DNA of 64,000 nt from Macrostomum lignano (Eukaryota): NCBI GenBank assembly GCA_002269645.1, contig NIVC01001670.1, forward strand, positions 62,001 to 126,000, given 5' to 3'. Below are positions 63,395 to 64,000 of the stretch, in pieces. Positions within the stretch are counted from its first letter, which is position 1. Every line of letters begins with the position of its first letter. The position numbers were made by a program, and so were the translations under genes. The notes under the pieces are model-generated. The model was not told the DNA's origin. It searched no databases and was given only the letters and a program-made list of their open reading frames with translations.

Positions 63395-63649
63395 CTGCGG
63401 AAGTTTAGAGGGGTACAGTGATGATGCCAATTCAACGAAATTGTGTCAAAGGTTCCAGGCTCGATTTTAGGTCCAACCGCACAAAATCCTCACAGCTTGA
63501 CTATGAGAAATGGGCCGCTGCACAGGGTCGCTTTCACTAGCTAAAAATATTGTATTGTTAACGACTAAACAACAATGCAGTTCAAAACTTGTACCAAATT
63601 TCAGAAACTCAAAACTTCTTCGATGATGTGAAATTTTAATCATCTACAG

Positions 63650-63830
63650 CTTGTGAATTTTTAATCTTGTGAATCTTTAATATTGTGAAACTTTATTCTT
63701 GTGAATCGCTAATCTTGTGAATCTTTTATCTTGTGAATCTTCGATCTTGTGAATCTTTAATCTTGTGAATCTTCAATCTTGTGAATCTTCAATCTTGTGA
63801 ATCTTCGATCTTGTTTAATTATCAATCTTG
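63650..63830. repeat. ~17-bp repeat ATCTTGTGAATCTT(T/C)A
   Basis: Direct reading. Confidence 0.85.
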
Positions 63831-64000
63831 TTAATCTTCGAGCTCGTGAAGATTGTGAAACCCTGCATCTGCACCCTGCACCGAACTCTTCCCAATGCAT
63901 CCGTGAACGTTTCAGATAATTCCCCCCGTCAGGGATATTCGTCTCTGCGGTTTTCATTCAGCCGCCCCTCCTCAGACCGAATTTTGACTGATGGAGGCGC

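Overview
Animal genomic DNA with spliced GT-AG genes. No prokaryotic features, CRISPR arrays or rRNA were found. GC-rich, Ala-rich exons and minisatellite-filled introns suggest a flatworm such as Macrostomum (inference only). Five protein genes were reconstructed by hand from splice sites. (1) CaMKII, minus strand, 5' end at 25.8 kb, running off the left edge. (2) DDX19/Dbp5 helicase, plus, 33.5-37.3 kb. (3) LEKR1-like coiled-coil gene, plus, 40.2-45.2 kb. (4) A myristoylated neuronal-calcium-sensor-like gene with degenerate EF-hands, plus, 45.7-48.6 kb. (5) A KIF26/VAB-8 (kinesin-11) gene, minus, 50.0-63.4 kb. An internally deleted Ty3/gypsy LTR element sits in CaMKII intron 1. An AT-rich, CpG-depleted block (20-33 kb) holds old foldback and DNA-transposon relics. 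About 28 different tandem arrays occur, mostly one per intron, and most long ORFs in the track are read-throughs of these arrays. The best lead is a duplicated, frame-incompatible pair of CaMKII exons encoding the DFG/activation segment (candidate mutually exclusive exons). One copy adds Ser-Ser to an activation loop that normally lacks a phospho-acceptor. Other leads: a 9-nt CaMKII microexon, hairpins in many unrelated satellite units, a CpG-decay signature in the transposon block, and two 1-nt frame breaks that may be assembly errors.
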